Shown here piece after piece: positions 19,346-28,682 of a stretch of 64,000 bases of DNA; position 1 is the first letter of the stretch; the number at the start of each line of letters is the position of its first letter. The DNA lies in NCBI GenBank assembly GCA_015229115.1, contig JADGCH010000006.1, positions 16,538 to 80,537 of the forward strand, in the 5' to 3' direction. This stretch comes from Magnetococcales bacterium. GTDB taxonomy: Bacteria; Pseudomonadota; Magnetococcia; Magnetococcales; JADGCH01. The translations under genes were made by a program, and so were the position numbers. The notes below the pieces were generated by a model that worked only from the letters and a program-made list of their open reading frames with translations, did not search any database and was not told where the DNA came from.

Positions 19346-20281
19346 ATGGCTACTCGTCAACAAAACCAGAACCAACCACAGCAGGGAACCCCGACCACTG
19401 GTCATCAGTGGGACAATGACGAAGGCTATCCACTGCAGGAATACAACAACCCCCTACCAACCTGGTGGCTTTACACCTTCTATGCCACCATCGTTTACGC
19501 CGTGATCTACTGGGTTCTTTATCCAGCTTGGCCCACGATTAACGGATTTACCAAGGGCGTGCTCGGAAGTTCCATGTACCAGGAACTGGCCGCGGAAGAA
19601 GCTGCCGCCAAAGCTGCCCGTCAAGGTCTGGAACAGCAACTGGCCACACTCTCCCTGGAAGAAGCGGCCCGTGACAACCGGATGTTGCAGTTTGCCTTGT
19701 CAAGCGGCAAGGCCGTTTTTGGCGACAATTGTGCCCCTTGTCATGGTACCGGTGGTGTCGGCTCCCAAGCCAAGGGCTTCCCGGTGCTTGTTGACGATGA
19801 CTGGCTGTATGGTGGCACACTGGCGGCCATACAGGAGAGCATCGCCAAGGGTCGTTCGGGCCAGATGCCGGCTCACCTGCAAGCAGCCGGTGGTTCTCTC
19901 AGTGATGATCAAATCAATGATTTAACACAATTTACCCTGAGTCTGTCACAGCGGGCTACCGATCAGGTTGCTGCCCAGCGCGGCCAAAAGCTCTTTGGCG
20001 GCGAAGCGGGTTGCAACAACTGCCATGGCGACCAGGGTAAAGGATCCCTGCGAGACACCGTTGCTGGCCAGCCCATCGATCACGCCGTTGGAGCCCCCAA
20101 CCTGACCGACAAAATCTGGTTGCATGGTGGTGATGTCGAAACCATCAAAGCTTCAATCGCCAAGGGACGTAATGGCCAGATGCCTGCCTGGGGCGGTAGC
20201 GCAGGGCGACTGTCACCCCTTGACATCAAGGCTGTTACGATCTACGTCCACGCCCTCGGAGGGGGACAGAAGTCGCGTTGA
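19346..20281 (+). CDS. ccoP: cbb3-type cytochrome c oxidase subunit III
   Basis: TTGHQWD, EYNNPLP, two CxxCH (CAPCH, CNNCH). Confidence 0.95.
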   Translation: MATRQQNQNQPQQGTPTTGHQWDNDEGYPLQEYNNPLPTWWLYTFYATIVYAVIYWVLYPAWPTINGFTKGVLGSSMYQELAAEEAAAKAARQGLEQQLATLSLEEAARDNRMLQFALSSGKAVFGDNCAPCHGTGGVGSQAKGFPVLVDDDWLYGGTLAAIQESIAKGRSGQMPAHLQAAGGSLSDDQINDLTQFTLSLSQRATDQVAAQRGQKLFGGEAGCNNCHGDQGKGSLRDTVAGQPIDHAVGAPNLTDKIWLHGGDVETIKASIAKGRNGQMPAWGGSAGRLSPLDIKAVTIYVHALGGGQKSR

Positions 20282-20295
20282 TTGATCTCTCCAAA

Positions 20296-20330
20296 GCATA
20301 GGCCTCCATCTCGTGGATGAAGGCCTATGC
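20296..20330. terminator. Stem-loop after ccoP, probable terminator
   Basis: GCATAGGCCTCCATC-tcgtg-GATGAAGGCCTATGC; no strong U-tract on the + strand. Confidence 0.55.
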
Positions 20331-20553
20331 GCTGCAAAAACAGACTGGCAACTCGTGCCGCTCGTCCTTGCGAAATGCTCCAAGACCACCCAGTATCCAG
20401 CATAGTAGTCAAGTTCCTCACAATGGTCGAGCTGATGACCAGACGATGACGAAAACCACATGACAATCCTGTAAAAAATTGCTAACATTGCCGCCTTGAT
20501 TTCAGCTGAACTGATTTGGATCCACCTCTAGCACCATTCAGGAAGGGCGTTGC

Positions 20554-21948
20554 ATGAGCATGGTTGTCATTGATGAACCACAAAAAGCCGCTACCAGCCA
20601 GACCCCCATGTATGTGGAGACGATTCATCGCCTGTACCATAAGGGTGCGACCGCTCAACTGACTCGCGTCATTGACAAGTTGTTGCCAGCTGATATTGCC
20701 TTGGTGATCAACTCATCGGACGATGTCAGCGAAGCCATGGACCTGTTCGAGCTTATCAAGAACCCCATGCACGCTGGTGCGACCCTGAAGGATCTCAACG
20801 AAGATTTCCAGATCCATATCATTTCACTCTGTACACTGGAACGTGCCGTATTTATTCTGGAAAGCCTGCCTCCTGATACACGCAGCGATATCATCGGTAA
20901 ACTGAGCCCGGAAGTGGGCGACCGATTGATGAATGCCCTGCGCCAGGAAACCCAGAAAGAGGTACAGGATCTGCTGCAATACCTGCCCGATACGGCCGGT
21001 AGTCTGATGACATCCCGATTCCTGGCTCTGTCAGAACAAACTTCGGCCAGTGCTGCCATTCAGGCAGTGCGCGAACTGCCTTTTCATGAGTTTGTCCTGT
21101 ATGCCTATGTCCTGGATGATAAACACCGTTTAACCGGTGTCTGCTCATTGCGCCAATTGTTGTTGTCACCGGCCAACAGGCCAGTCAAACAGATCATGGA
21201 ACCAAGAGTCCATACCGTCAATGTTGACACCCCCCAGGAAGATGCTGCCAAACTGGTCACCCGCTATGGCTTGCTAGCCATACCGGTGGTCAATGACCAA
21301 GGGGTGTTGCGAGGTATTATCACCGCAGACGATTTGATCAACGTCATACAGGACTCCGACACCGAATCAATGATGAAGGCCGTGGGTGTCGATGCTGAGC
21401 ACAAACTCAGTATCCTGGCACAATCGTTTACCAGCATTGCCAAGAAACGGTTACCTTGGCTGGTTGCTCCATTCATGGGTGGCCTGTTGGCGGCCTATAT
21501 TCTGAGTTACTACGAACACACGATGGCCACTGTTATCCAGTTGAGTTTTTTCATGCCCATGATCTTCGGCATGGCAGGCAACGTTGGCAGCCAAACGGCT
21601 GTTGTGGCCATACGAGGTTTGGCCACTGGAGCCATAAAAATCAGTGATTATGTCAAATTACTCCTTAAAGAGACTTGGGTTGGATTGCTGATTGGTGCTT
21701 TTTATGCGGCCTGCCTCTCTGGCTATGCCTTGGTCGTCTTCAAAAGCAACATCTTGGCCTTTGTGGTCGGAATCAGCATTCTGAGCAATATCACCTATGC
21801 GGGAGTCATCGCAGCCAGCCTGCCGGTCCTGTTACAGAAAATGGGTCATGATCCGGCCGTGGGCGGTGGTCCCTATGTGCTGACCACTGTCGATGTACTG
21901 GGAGTGGTTAACTACCTGTTTATTGCTACGATAGTTTATGGTCTGTAA
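20554..21948 (+). CDS. mgtE: Magnesium transporter MgtE (copy 1)
   Basis: N-domain, CBS pair (TAGSLMT), KRLPWL, GMAGNVGSQT, DPA..GP...TVD. Confidence 0.92.
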   Translation: MSMVVIDEPQKAATSQTPMYVETIHRLYHKGATAQLTRVIDKLLPADIALVINSSDDVSEAMDLFELIKNPMHAGATLKDLNEDFQIHIISLCTLERAVFILESLPPDTRSDIIGKLSPEVGDRLMNALRQETQKEVQDLLQYLPDTAGSLMTSRFLALSEQTSASAAIQAVRELPFHEFVLYAYVLDDKHRLTGVCSLRQLLLSPANRPVKQIMEPRVHTVNVDTPQEDAAKLVTRYGLLAIPVVNDQGVLRGIITADDLINVIQDSDTESMMKAVGVDAEHKLSILAQSFTSIAKKRLPWLVAPFMGGLLAAYILSYYEHTMATVIQLSFFMPMIFGMAGNVGSQTAVVAIRGLATGAIKISDYVKLLLKETWVGLLIGAFYAACLSGYALVVFKSNILAFVVGISILSNITYAGVIAASLPVLLQKMGHDPAVGGGPYVLTTVDVLGVVNYLFIATIVYGL

Positions 21949-21973
21949 TTTCTTGATGAAGCGATTGTGAGGA

Positions 21974-23380
21974 TTGAGTGCCATGAGCATGATGATGACC
22001 GACAATGACAGCAACAGCACGGCCGCCCAGCCCTATACCAGCAAAATCGCTGAAACCATTATGCGCCTCCATCGCAGGGGGTCTTCTTCCCATCTGACAC
22101 AATTACTAAGTAAAATCAAGACCTCAGAATTGGCCAATATCCTGGACAGCTTCCCTGAGCACAAGGCCAGCGAGATCTTCACGCTCATCTCTCCTCCCTC
22201 GCATGCAGCCCAGGTGCTGGAATTGGTTCATGTCAGCCACAGAAAATATATCCTGTCCTGCTGTACCATGGATCAGGCCCTTGCGGTGTTAAAAGGCATG
22301 TCAGCCGAATCCCGTCATCTGAGAATGAGCGAGCTGGATGTGGATGTTGCCAAACGACTGACGGATGCCATGCAGCAGACGCTGCAACAGGATGAAAACG
22401 ATCAGCTGTTGCAATATGAGCGCAACACGGCTGGCAGCATCATGAATACCAGCTTTTTCTCCATGCCACAATCCATTACGGCCGCCGCAGCGATCCAGGC
22501 CGTGCAGGGATTATCCTCCCATGAGTCGGTCTTCTATCTCTATGTTGTCGATGAGGATCAGCATCTGGTGGGGGTTTGTTCGTTACGCAAACTCATTCTG
22601 GCCGATCCCGACAAGACCCTGAAAGAATTTACCCACTCCAGACTGATCAAGGTTCATGTCGATACACCTCAGGGGATCGTGGCTAACCAGATCTCCCGTT
22701 ATCGTCTGCTGGCCATGCCCGTTGTGGATGATCTGGGTGTTCTGGTAGGACAGATCACGGTCGATGACCTGATCGATGTCATCCAGGAGGAACACACCAG
22801 CTCCTTGATGAAGATGGTTGGTATTGGATCTAAAAACACGGATGTGTTGGCGCAGTCACCTTTCCGTATCTTTCGCGATCGTGTGCCTTGGTTAATCAGT
22901 GCCTTCGTTGCCTACCTGATGATTTCGGCCATCCTGGATGGATTTGAGGAGACCCTGTCTGCTGTGGTACAGTTGGCTTTCTTTTTTCCCATCGTCATCG
23001 GCATGTCAGGCAATGCCGGCAGCCAAACTGGTACTGTTATCGTAAGGGGGTTGGCACTGGGGACAATCCACAATTCCCATTTCTTCAAGTTGCTGTTCAA
23101 GGAACTGGGTGCCAATCTGATCCAGGGTTTGGTCTATGGAAGCTGTCTTGCCCTTGCTGCTTATGCCATTTTTAGAAGTCCGCAGTTATCCATGGCAGTA
23201 GGCCCTACGCTAACCTTTAACATCATTGCGGCATCCGCTATTGCCATGTCGTTACCGTTTTTCTTCAAACGCCTTGGAGCTGATCCAGCAGTCGCCGCGG
23301 GTCCATTGGCTTTAGCCTTTATTGATATGGTAGGCTCGATTAACTACTTGGTTATTGCTTCTCTTGTGTTCAATCTATAA
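21974..23380 (+). CDS. mgtE: Magnesium transporter MgtE (copy 2)
   Basis: TAGSIMN, DRVPWL, GMSGNAGSQT, DPAVAAGP...FID; exact start uncertain (TTG 21974 or a nearby ATG). Confidence 0.92.
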   Translation: MSAMSMMMTDNDSNSTAAQPYTSKIAETIMRLHRRGSSSHLTQLLSKIKTSELANILDSFPEHKASEIFTLISPPSHAAQVLELVHVSHRKYILSCCTMDQALAVLKGMSAESRHLRMSELDVDVAKRLTDAMQQTLQQDENDQLLQYERNTAGSIMNTSFFSMPQSITAAAAIQAVQGLSSHESVFYLYVVDEDQHLVGVCSLRKLILADPDKTLKEFTHSRLIKVHVDTPQGIVANQISRYRLLAMPVVDDLGVLVGQITVDDLIDVIQEEHTSSLMKMVGIGSKNTDVLAQSPFRIFRDRVPWLISAFVAYLMISAILDGFEETLSAVVQLAFFFPIVIGMSGNAGSQTGTVIVRGLALGTIHNSHFFKLLFKELGANLIQGLVYGSCLALAAYAIFRSPQLSMAVGPTLTFNIIAASAIAMSLPFFFKRLGADPAVAAGPLALAFIDMVGSINYLVIASLVFNL

Positions 23381-23405
23381 CGGTTCATTTCAGAGGTTGG
23401 TCGAC

Positions 23406-24236
23406 ATGAACGATACTGATCCTTCACAGGATAGCCAGTTCAAACATATTCTCATGGCCACTGACGGCTCGGAGTTTGGTTTGGGTGTTGAGCGGGTCTG
23501 CATGGAGATGGCGCTGCAACACCAATCTCATTTGTACGTATTACGCCTGTTACTCTCCGATGCCAGTCATGACATGCTGGCTACGGAAGAACAGGAAGCG
23601 ACCCAGCATATCCAGAAGATAGCCAGTCAGTGTTCCGACAAGGGTATTTCGTGCACCATGCTGGTGCGTTCTGCCCAAGATCCAGCTCAGGGCATTCTGG
23701 CCACCGCCACCGAGATTGACGCCAACCTGATTGCTGTTGGTCGTCGTGGTAAACGGGGATTGGCACGTTTCATGGTCGGTGAGGCAACAACCAGGATCAT
23801 TGAAAAGTCGTCCTGTTCCGTACTGGTTGTCCCCAGGCTGGTGACCATCTGGCATAGTGGCACACTGCTGGTGGTCGATCCAGACCAAGCTGACAACAAC
23901 GTTGCTCAAGCTGCCTACGATATGGCCAGTCGGGCTAATCTGCCACTGACCATTCTGGTTGTCGACGACGACCACAAAGACGATGCCACCATCCGGGAAA
24001 CCAACCAACTGGTCAACCGTCTGGTCGCCACCGCTAAAATTCAGGGTATCGCTGCAGAAGGATTGATACAAACTGGCAAAATCGATGATGTCATTCTGGA
24101 GATAGCACGACAGAGGTCTGTCGACCTGATTGTCTGCGGACCGCGCGATCGATCCATGATCGATAAATTATTTAACAATAATAATATTATCCATCTTGTT
24201 GGGCAGGTGCACTGTCCGGTCATCATTGTGAGGTAG
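23406..24236 (+). CDS. Tandem-domain universal stress protein
   Basis: ILMATDGS, LIAVGRRG...GEATT...CSVLVVP; second domain ends CPVIIV. Confidence 0.88.
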   Translation: MNDTDPSQDSQFKHILMATDGSEFGLGVERVCMEMALQHQSHLYVLRLLLSDASHDMLATEEQEATQHIQKIASQCSDKGISCTMLVRSAQDPAQGILATATEIDANLIAVGRRGKRGLARFMVGEATTRIIEKSSCSVLVVPRLVTIWHSGTLLVVDPDQADNNVAQAAYDMASRANLPLTILVVDDDHKDDATIRETNQLVNRLVATAKIQGIAAEGLIQTGKIDDVILEIARQRSVDLIVCGPRDRSMIDKLFNNNNIIHLVGQVHCPVIIVR

Positions 24237-26601
24237 CGAAACGCAGCCATTGGCCATCCGTGGTTAATTCGATGGTGCCACGCTGGTCGGTACGCCAGAT
24301 GGCGGGGGCAACGGTGCGCCAGCGGGTCACGACGTCAGCCACCGGTAACCGGTAGCGGTTACCAGCACCGACGCTGAATAACACGTGGCGCGGCCGGGTG
24401 GCCTGGATAAAAGCCATTGAGCTGGAGGAACGGCTGCCATGATGGGGCGCTACCAGTACAGTTACCGGCCGCAAGGCCTGTTGCTTCAGTAGCCACTGCT
24501 CACCACGAGACTCCAGATCACTGGGAAAAAGCAGTCGATGGTGCTTCAGGGTCACCTCAACGACAAGCGCACTGTTATTATTGTTGTGCCGGCCTGTTAT
24601 CGGTACAGGAGGTAGCAGGCGCAGGCTGACATCCCCCTCCTGTTCCTGGTGGGCTTCAGACCAGCGTTGCACGGTGACCTGTTGTTGCTCAGCACGACGT
24701 AGTAACCGATTGTAGCTATCGTTCTGCTGATCGGATTCATGTCCCACACCGGTCCAGATTCTGGCCACCGCAAAATTGCGCAGCAACCTCTCGGCGCCAG
24801 CCACATGATCCTGATCGGTATGGCTGATGATCAGTCGCTCCAGTCGGGTTACCCCATAATGCCATAGGTAGGCCGAGATGACTTCGCCGATATCGAACCG
24901 GTCGGTATAACTACCTCCGGCATCGATCACGGACCATTGGCCAGCAGGGGTCCGGATGACAGCAGACTGGGCCTGACCAACATCCAGCAGGGCCACATGC
25001 AGTTGACCGTCAGTGGGTGCTGGATGAGGCCCGTAACAACCAATCAGCATCAAGGGCAATCCCAGCAGCCGGGTACGACCCATTCCAGCAGTCATCATGA
25101 TCAGAATAGCTGTCATGATGAAAACCAACCCGGTCTGAGTTGGTCCTGGCCAACGAATCCAGGAACCTGGTAAGGTCGAGATCCAGATCGACCAGTGCCA
25201 AACCAGCTCCATCAGCTGACCTACCACATTGAACAACTGCCCAGCAGCAGCGTCAGAAAATGGCAACACCAGCAAGGCGGCCAACCCAGCTATCACCGTG
25301 ACAGGACCGGCCAGCAGCATGGCGACCAGATTGGCCAACACACTCCAAGGCGCTAGAAAGTGAAAATGATGCAATACGATCGGCAAGGTGGCAAGCCAAA
25401 CCAGTGTGGTCGTCACGACAGATCCCACCACCCAACGAACGATAAAGCCTTGCCGTAACCGAGCAAACCAGGAGCCGCTCCAGATCAATACCGCGGTAGC
25501 AACAAAAGAGAGTTGAAAGCCCGCCTCGAATAACTGCCATGGATACCACAGCAACAGAATCACGACTGCAATCGCCAAGGCACGCCATGATTGTTGCGTC
25601 CGCCCACTGATCATGGCCAACAGCAGTAACACGGCCATGACCAGCGCCCGTTGGGTCGCGACGGACCAGCCAGCCAGGGTGGCGTAGATCCATAGAGGCA
25701 TCAGTGCCAACGCCGCAGCAACCGGTTTAACATCCCAACGCCGCGATAACGACGGCAACAGCACCACCAGCAGCAGACGAATCAGATAGAAAAATCCAGC
25801 CCCGGCCAAGGTCAACTGCATACCGGAAATGGCAATCAGATGAAACGTACCGGCAGCCTGGAAGTGGTCGCGCATCGACCCATCCATGCGCCCACGATAG
25901 CCAACCAATATAGCCTCGGTCAGGGCGATACGGGCTGGATAATCGCTGAGACTGCTGGCAATGGCTTGCGATACGATCACACGCCAACGGTTCCAGAAGG
26001 CCTGCTGCCATGGATCAGGAGACAAGGATGGCAAACGCTCCACCACGCTACGACCATAAGCTGTCGCGATAACGCCCTGCCGCCTTAAAAACAGGGCGTA
26101 ATCAAAAGCACCCGGTACACGATAACCGACCGGTTCTTTCAGCCGTGCCTGAAGACGGACACGATCCCCTGGCAATGCTGCTGTTGTCTGCTGATACAGG
26201 GTTAGCAACACCTGATCATCAGCTGCTGGTGCCCACTCCTGACCGACGATGGAGCAGCGCTCAAGCCACAACCGCACCGAATCGGTGCGCTGCTCCCGAT
26301 CGACGATGGTTCCCTCCAACCACTGGTCACCGGTGACTACAACCGGCAGGCGCTGCACGGCCAAGCTATGATCATGGTAGAGCGCACTGCCTGACCCTGC
26401 TATCACACCGGACAGTACCATCAACCACAGACGACAACGAAGATCAAGCCATGGTCGATGACGACAGCTGTGTTGCAGATAGTGGCCATAAACCAACACC
26501 AGCGTGGCCAGACACAGGACCAGTATCGCAACGGATAGCTGCGTCCTGGCATACTGCACCGCCACAAGACCTGCGATGATGGCGGTAACCAGCACAGGCA
26601 T
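24223..26601 (-). CDS. comEC: ComEC/Rec2 DNA uptake channel
   Basis: HLIAISG, GFQLSF, LDVGQA, SHTDQDHVAG, PHHGS, WRTDQRG. Confidence 0.92.
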   Translation of the reverse strand: MPVLVTAIIAGLVAVQYARTQLSVAILVLCLATLVLVYGHYLQHSCRHRPWLDLRCRLWLMVLSGVIAGSGSALYHDHSLAVQRLPVVVTGDQWLEGTIVDREQRTDSVRLWLERCSIVGQEWAPAADDQVLLTLYQQTTAALPGDRVRLQARLKEPVGYRVPGAFDYALFLRRQGVIATAYGRSVVERLPSLSPDPWQQAFWNRWRVIVSQAIASSLSDYPARIALTEAILVGYRGRMDGSMRDHFQAAGTFHLIAISGMQLTLAGAGFFYLIRLLLVVLLPSLSRRWDVKPVAAALALMPLWIYATLAGWSVATQRALVMAVLLLLAMISGRTQQSWRALAIAVVILLLWYPWQLFEAGFQLSFVATAVLIWSGSWFARLRQGFIVRWVVGSVVTTTLVWLATLPIVLHHFHFLAPWSVLANLVAMLLAGPVTVIAGLAALLVLPFSDAAAGQLFNVVGQLMELVWHWSIWISTLPGSWIRWPGPTQTGLVFIMTAILIMMTAGMGRTRLLGLPLMLIGCYGPHPAPTDGQLHVALLDVGQAQSAVIRTPAGQWSVIDAGGSYTDRFDIGEVISAYLWHYGVTRLERLIISHTDQDHVAGAERLLRNFAVARIWTGVGHESDQQNDSYNRLLRRAEQQQVTVQRWSEAHQEQEGDVSLRLLPPVPITGRHNNNNSALVVEVTLKHHRLLFPSDLESRGEQWLLKQQALRPVTVLVAPHHGSRSSSSMAFIQATRPRHVLFSVGAGNRYRLPVADVVTRWRTVAPAIWRTDQRGTIELTTDGQWLRFATSQ

Positions 26602-26613
26602 AGTATTGGACTA

Positions 26614-28329
26614 CTAAAACAGCTCGATATCCTCTCCCTCTTCGGCATCGGGCTGCTGCTCCCCTCCAAGCGTAGCCTGATGAAGACGACGTTCGCTCTC
26701 CATGGTATACATCTGGGCCAGATCATCAAACTCTGCTGCCAGTTCGTAGGGATTACCGGTCATATACTCGCCCAGGTTTTTGCCGACATTCTGGATGATC
26801 TCATCCAGCGCCACGATGGTAGCCGCGATGGTTTCACGAATACGGTCGTGGAAAACAAGGTCGGAACTCAGCAGACGCACCTGCGCCACGGTAAACTGGG
26901 TGTCAGCCAGCACATCGTTAAAGAGGCGCAAATGATCGTTGTTAACCATATCCATCTGTCTGGTTGACAGAGGCAGCCGACGCAGCATGCCATTGGTCCG
27001 CATCATTCTTGGCGTGGTGGAATCAGCATAGGTCATGCTGATGCTGTGTAACTGGTCAATGGCCTGCTGAATCTCACCCTGCTCCTGCCGACTTTCACAG
27101 TGAATACGGGCTGCCAAGGTATCGATCATCGAATCAAGCGTTGCCAGCCGGTGATTACCATCGGTCTTGAGGGTACGGGCCAGCTTGGTCAACCGTTCTG
27201 CTGTCATGGCCAGCATATCAAGGGCACGCCGCGTCTGGAACAGTCCATGCTCCGCCAGCGACAAAGCCTGGATAACCTGACTGGAGAGCGTATCGGAGAA
27301 CAGCCCTACCTGCAGCATGGCCTGCAACTGCCAAGCGGTATCCTCCAGTTGCTGATGAAATGAACGACAGGCACCACGGGCATCCGCGACCAGTTCCCTT
27401 TGCTGACTGCTGAGGTCAATGATGGTATCGAGATAGCCTTGAATCGTGGTGATCGCTCCTGTCAGATCCTGACTGGTTTGCGTGAGCTGATCGACAACGA
27501 TACGCAGCACTAACACACTCCAACGACGATTTTCCTGTATTTTTTTGCTGTTGGACAGCCGGTCACAGGCCTGGGAAATGGCACTGATGGAATGCTGGAT
27601 GCGTTGAGCCGTGATGTCGTCGTACTGCATGGCCTGAATCATGGCAAACAGGATTTGTGCAACCTGATCGGCATGTTCGACAATTTTCTGGCAAGTGGTA
27701 TCAATGCTGGTGACAGAAGAAGATAGAGACTGAATGGTGGCCTGATTGCCGTCGTGAAACGTATCCAGTCGTTGCTGTGACAGGGCCAGATCAGCACGGA
27801 TAGTACGTGCTAAACCACCGACAGCCTCCTCAGCCGACTGACAGGTTGTTGTGGTCTCGTGAATCAGTGGTCGCACCTGCTGCATCAGATTATCGAGCAT
27901 GGCACAGAGGGTTTGCCTTTCCAACCGCTCACTACCGACCGATCGCAACTGGTCAACGGAGGCCGGTAAAGTGGCCTCCTGTTCCAGTGACAGGCTCCAT
28001 TGTATCACTTGTTCAAGTCGTTTGATCCAGTCACCTTTCTGACCGATCAGCGATCCAATATCATTGAGAGTTGCTCCCATCTCATGGCATACTGTGTGCA
28101 GGTCCTGGTTGAGTGCCAAAACACCCAGTCCGTCTGCTGTGCCAATGCGTTCGCGTATGGTGGCGGCTCGGCTGGAATTGGTAGCGAAACTCTCTGAAAT
28201 GTGATTCATCTGGTCACCAATATGGAAGAATCCTTCGCGACTCCAGACCGGTACCTGTTCCAGATTTTGCATCAGTTGAGTCAGTCGTACTGTTTCCTGC
28301 ACCAGAGAAACCGTATTTTTTTCACCCAT
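26614..28329 (-). CDS. Cytoplasmic chemotaxis-associated coiled-coil (MCP-like) protein
   Basis: AMQYDDITAQRIQH motif; C-terminal YTMESERRLH...DIELF; no TM segments. Confidence 0.7.
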   Translation of the reverse strand: MGEKNTVSLVQETVRLTQLMQNLEQVPVWSREGFFHIGDQMNHISESFATNSSRAATIRERIGTADGLGVLALNQDLHTVCHEMGATLNDIGSLIGQKGDWIKRLEQVIQWSLSLEQEATLPASVDQLRSVGSERLERQTLCAMLDNLMQQVRPLIHETTTTCQSAEEAVGGLARTIRADLALSQQRLDTFHDGNQATIQSLSSSVTSIDTTCQKIVEHADQVAQILFAMIQAMQYDDITAQRIQHSISAISQACDRLSNSKKIQENRRWSVLVLRIVVDQLTQTSQDLTGAITTIQGYLDTIIDLSSQQRELVADARGACRSFHQQLEDTAWQLQAMLQVGLFSDTLSSQVIQALSLAEHGLFQTRRALDMLAMTAERLTKLARTLKTDGNHRLATLDSMIDTLAARIHCESRQEQGEIQQAIDQLHSISMTYADSTTPRMMRTNGMLRRLPLSTRQMDMVNNDHLRLFNDVLADTQFTVAQVRLLSSDLVFHDRIRETIAATIVALDEIIQNVGKNLGEYMTGNPYELAAEFDDLAQMYTMESERRLHQATLGGEQQPDAEEGEDIELF

Positions 28330-28433
28330 CGTAGCACTCCTGATCCACTTGAATTGAAATTGTATTAAAACATAAAAATCACCCATGACAGTCTAACCGA
28401 TAATGGACACGAAATAAACCTGAAGAGAGGCCT

Positions 28434-28679
28434 ATGGCAGAATTTGCTGGTATTGATGGGGACATGCTGCGCACCTTCATCGCAAGAATTGAACGTCTTG
28501 AGGAAGAAAAGGGAGTGATTGCCAGTGATGTACGCTTGGTCTATGCCGAGGCTAAAGCAAGTGGCTTCGACCCTAAAATCATGAGGCAGATTATCCGCTT
28601 GCGACGTATGGAAACAGAGGAACAGCAACAGTGGGAGACGATGATTGATCTTTATAAACAGGCTCTTGGTATGGTCTGA
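28434..28679 (+). CDS. gapR: DUF2312 / GapR-family nucleoid-associated protein
   Basis: [15 protein letters not shown]...[22 protein letters not shown]...LYKQALGM. Confidence 0.9.
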   Translation: MAEFAGIDGDMLRTFIARIERLEEEKGVIASDVRLVYAEAKASGFDPKIMRQIIRLRRMETEEQQQWETMIDLYKQALGMV

Positions 28680-28682
28680 GAC

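Noticed and set aside
20331-20553. Mg-sensing (M-box) riboswitch upstream of mgtE
   Set aside because: No M-box consensus recognised by eye; an Rfam scan would be needed to exclude it fully.
28365-28433. Sigma28-like CCGATAA upstream of gapR
   Set aside because: No TAAA at the required spacing.
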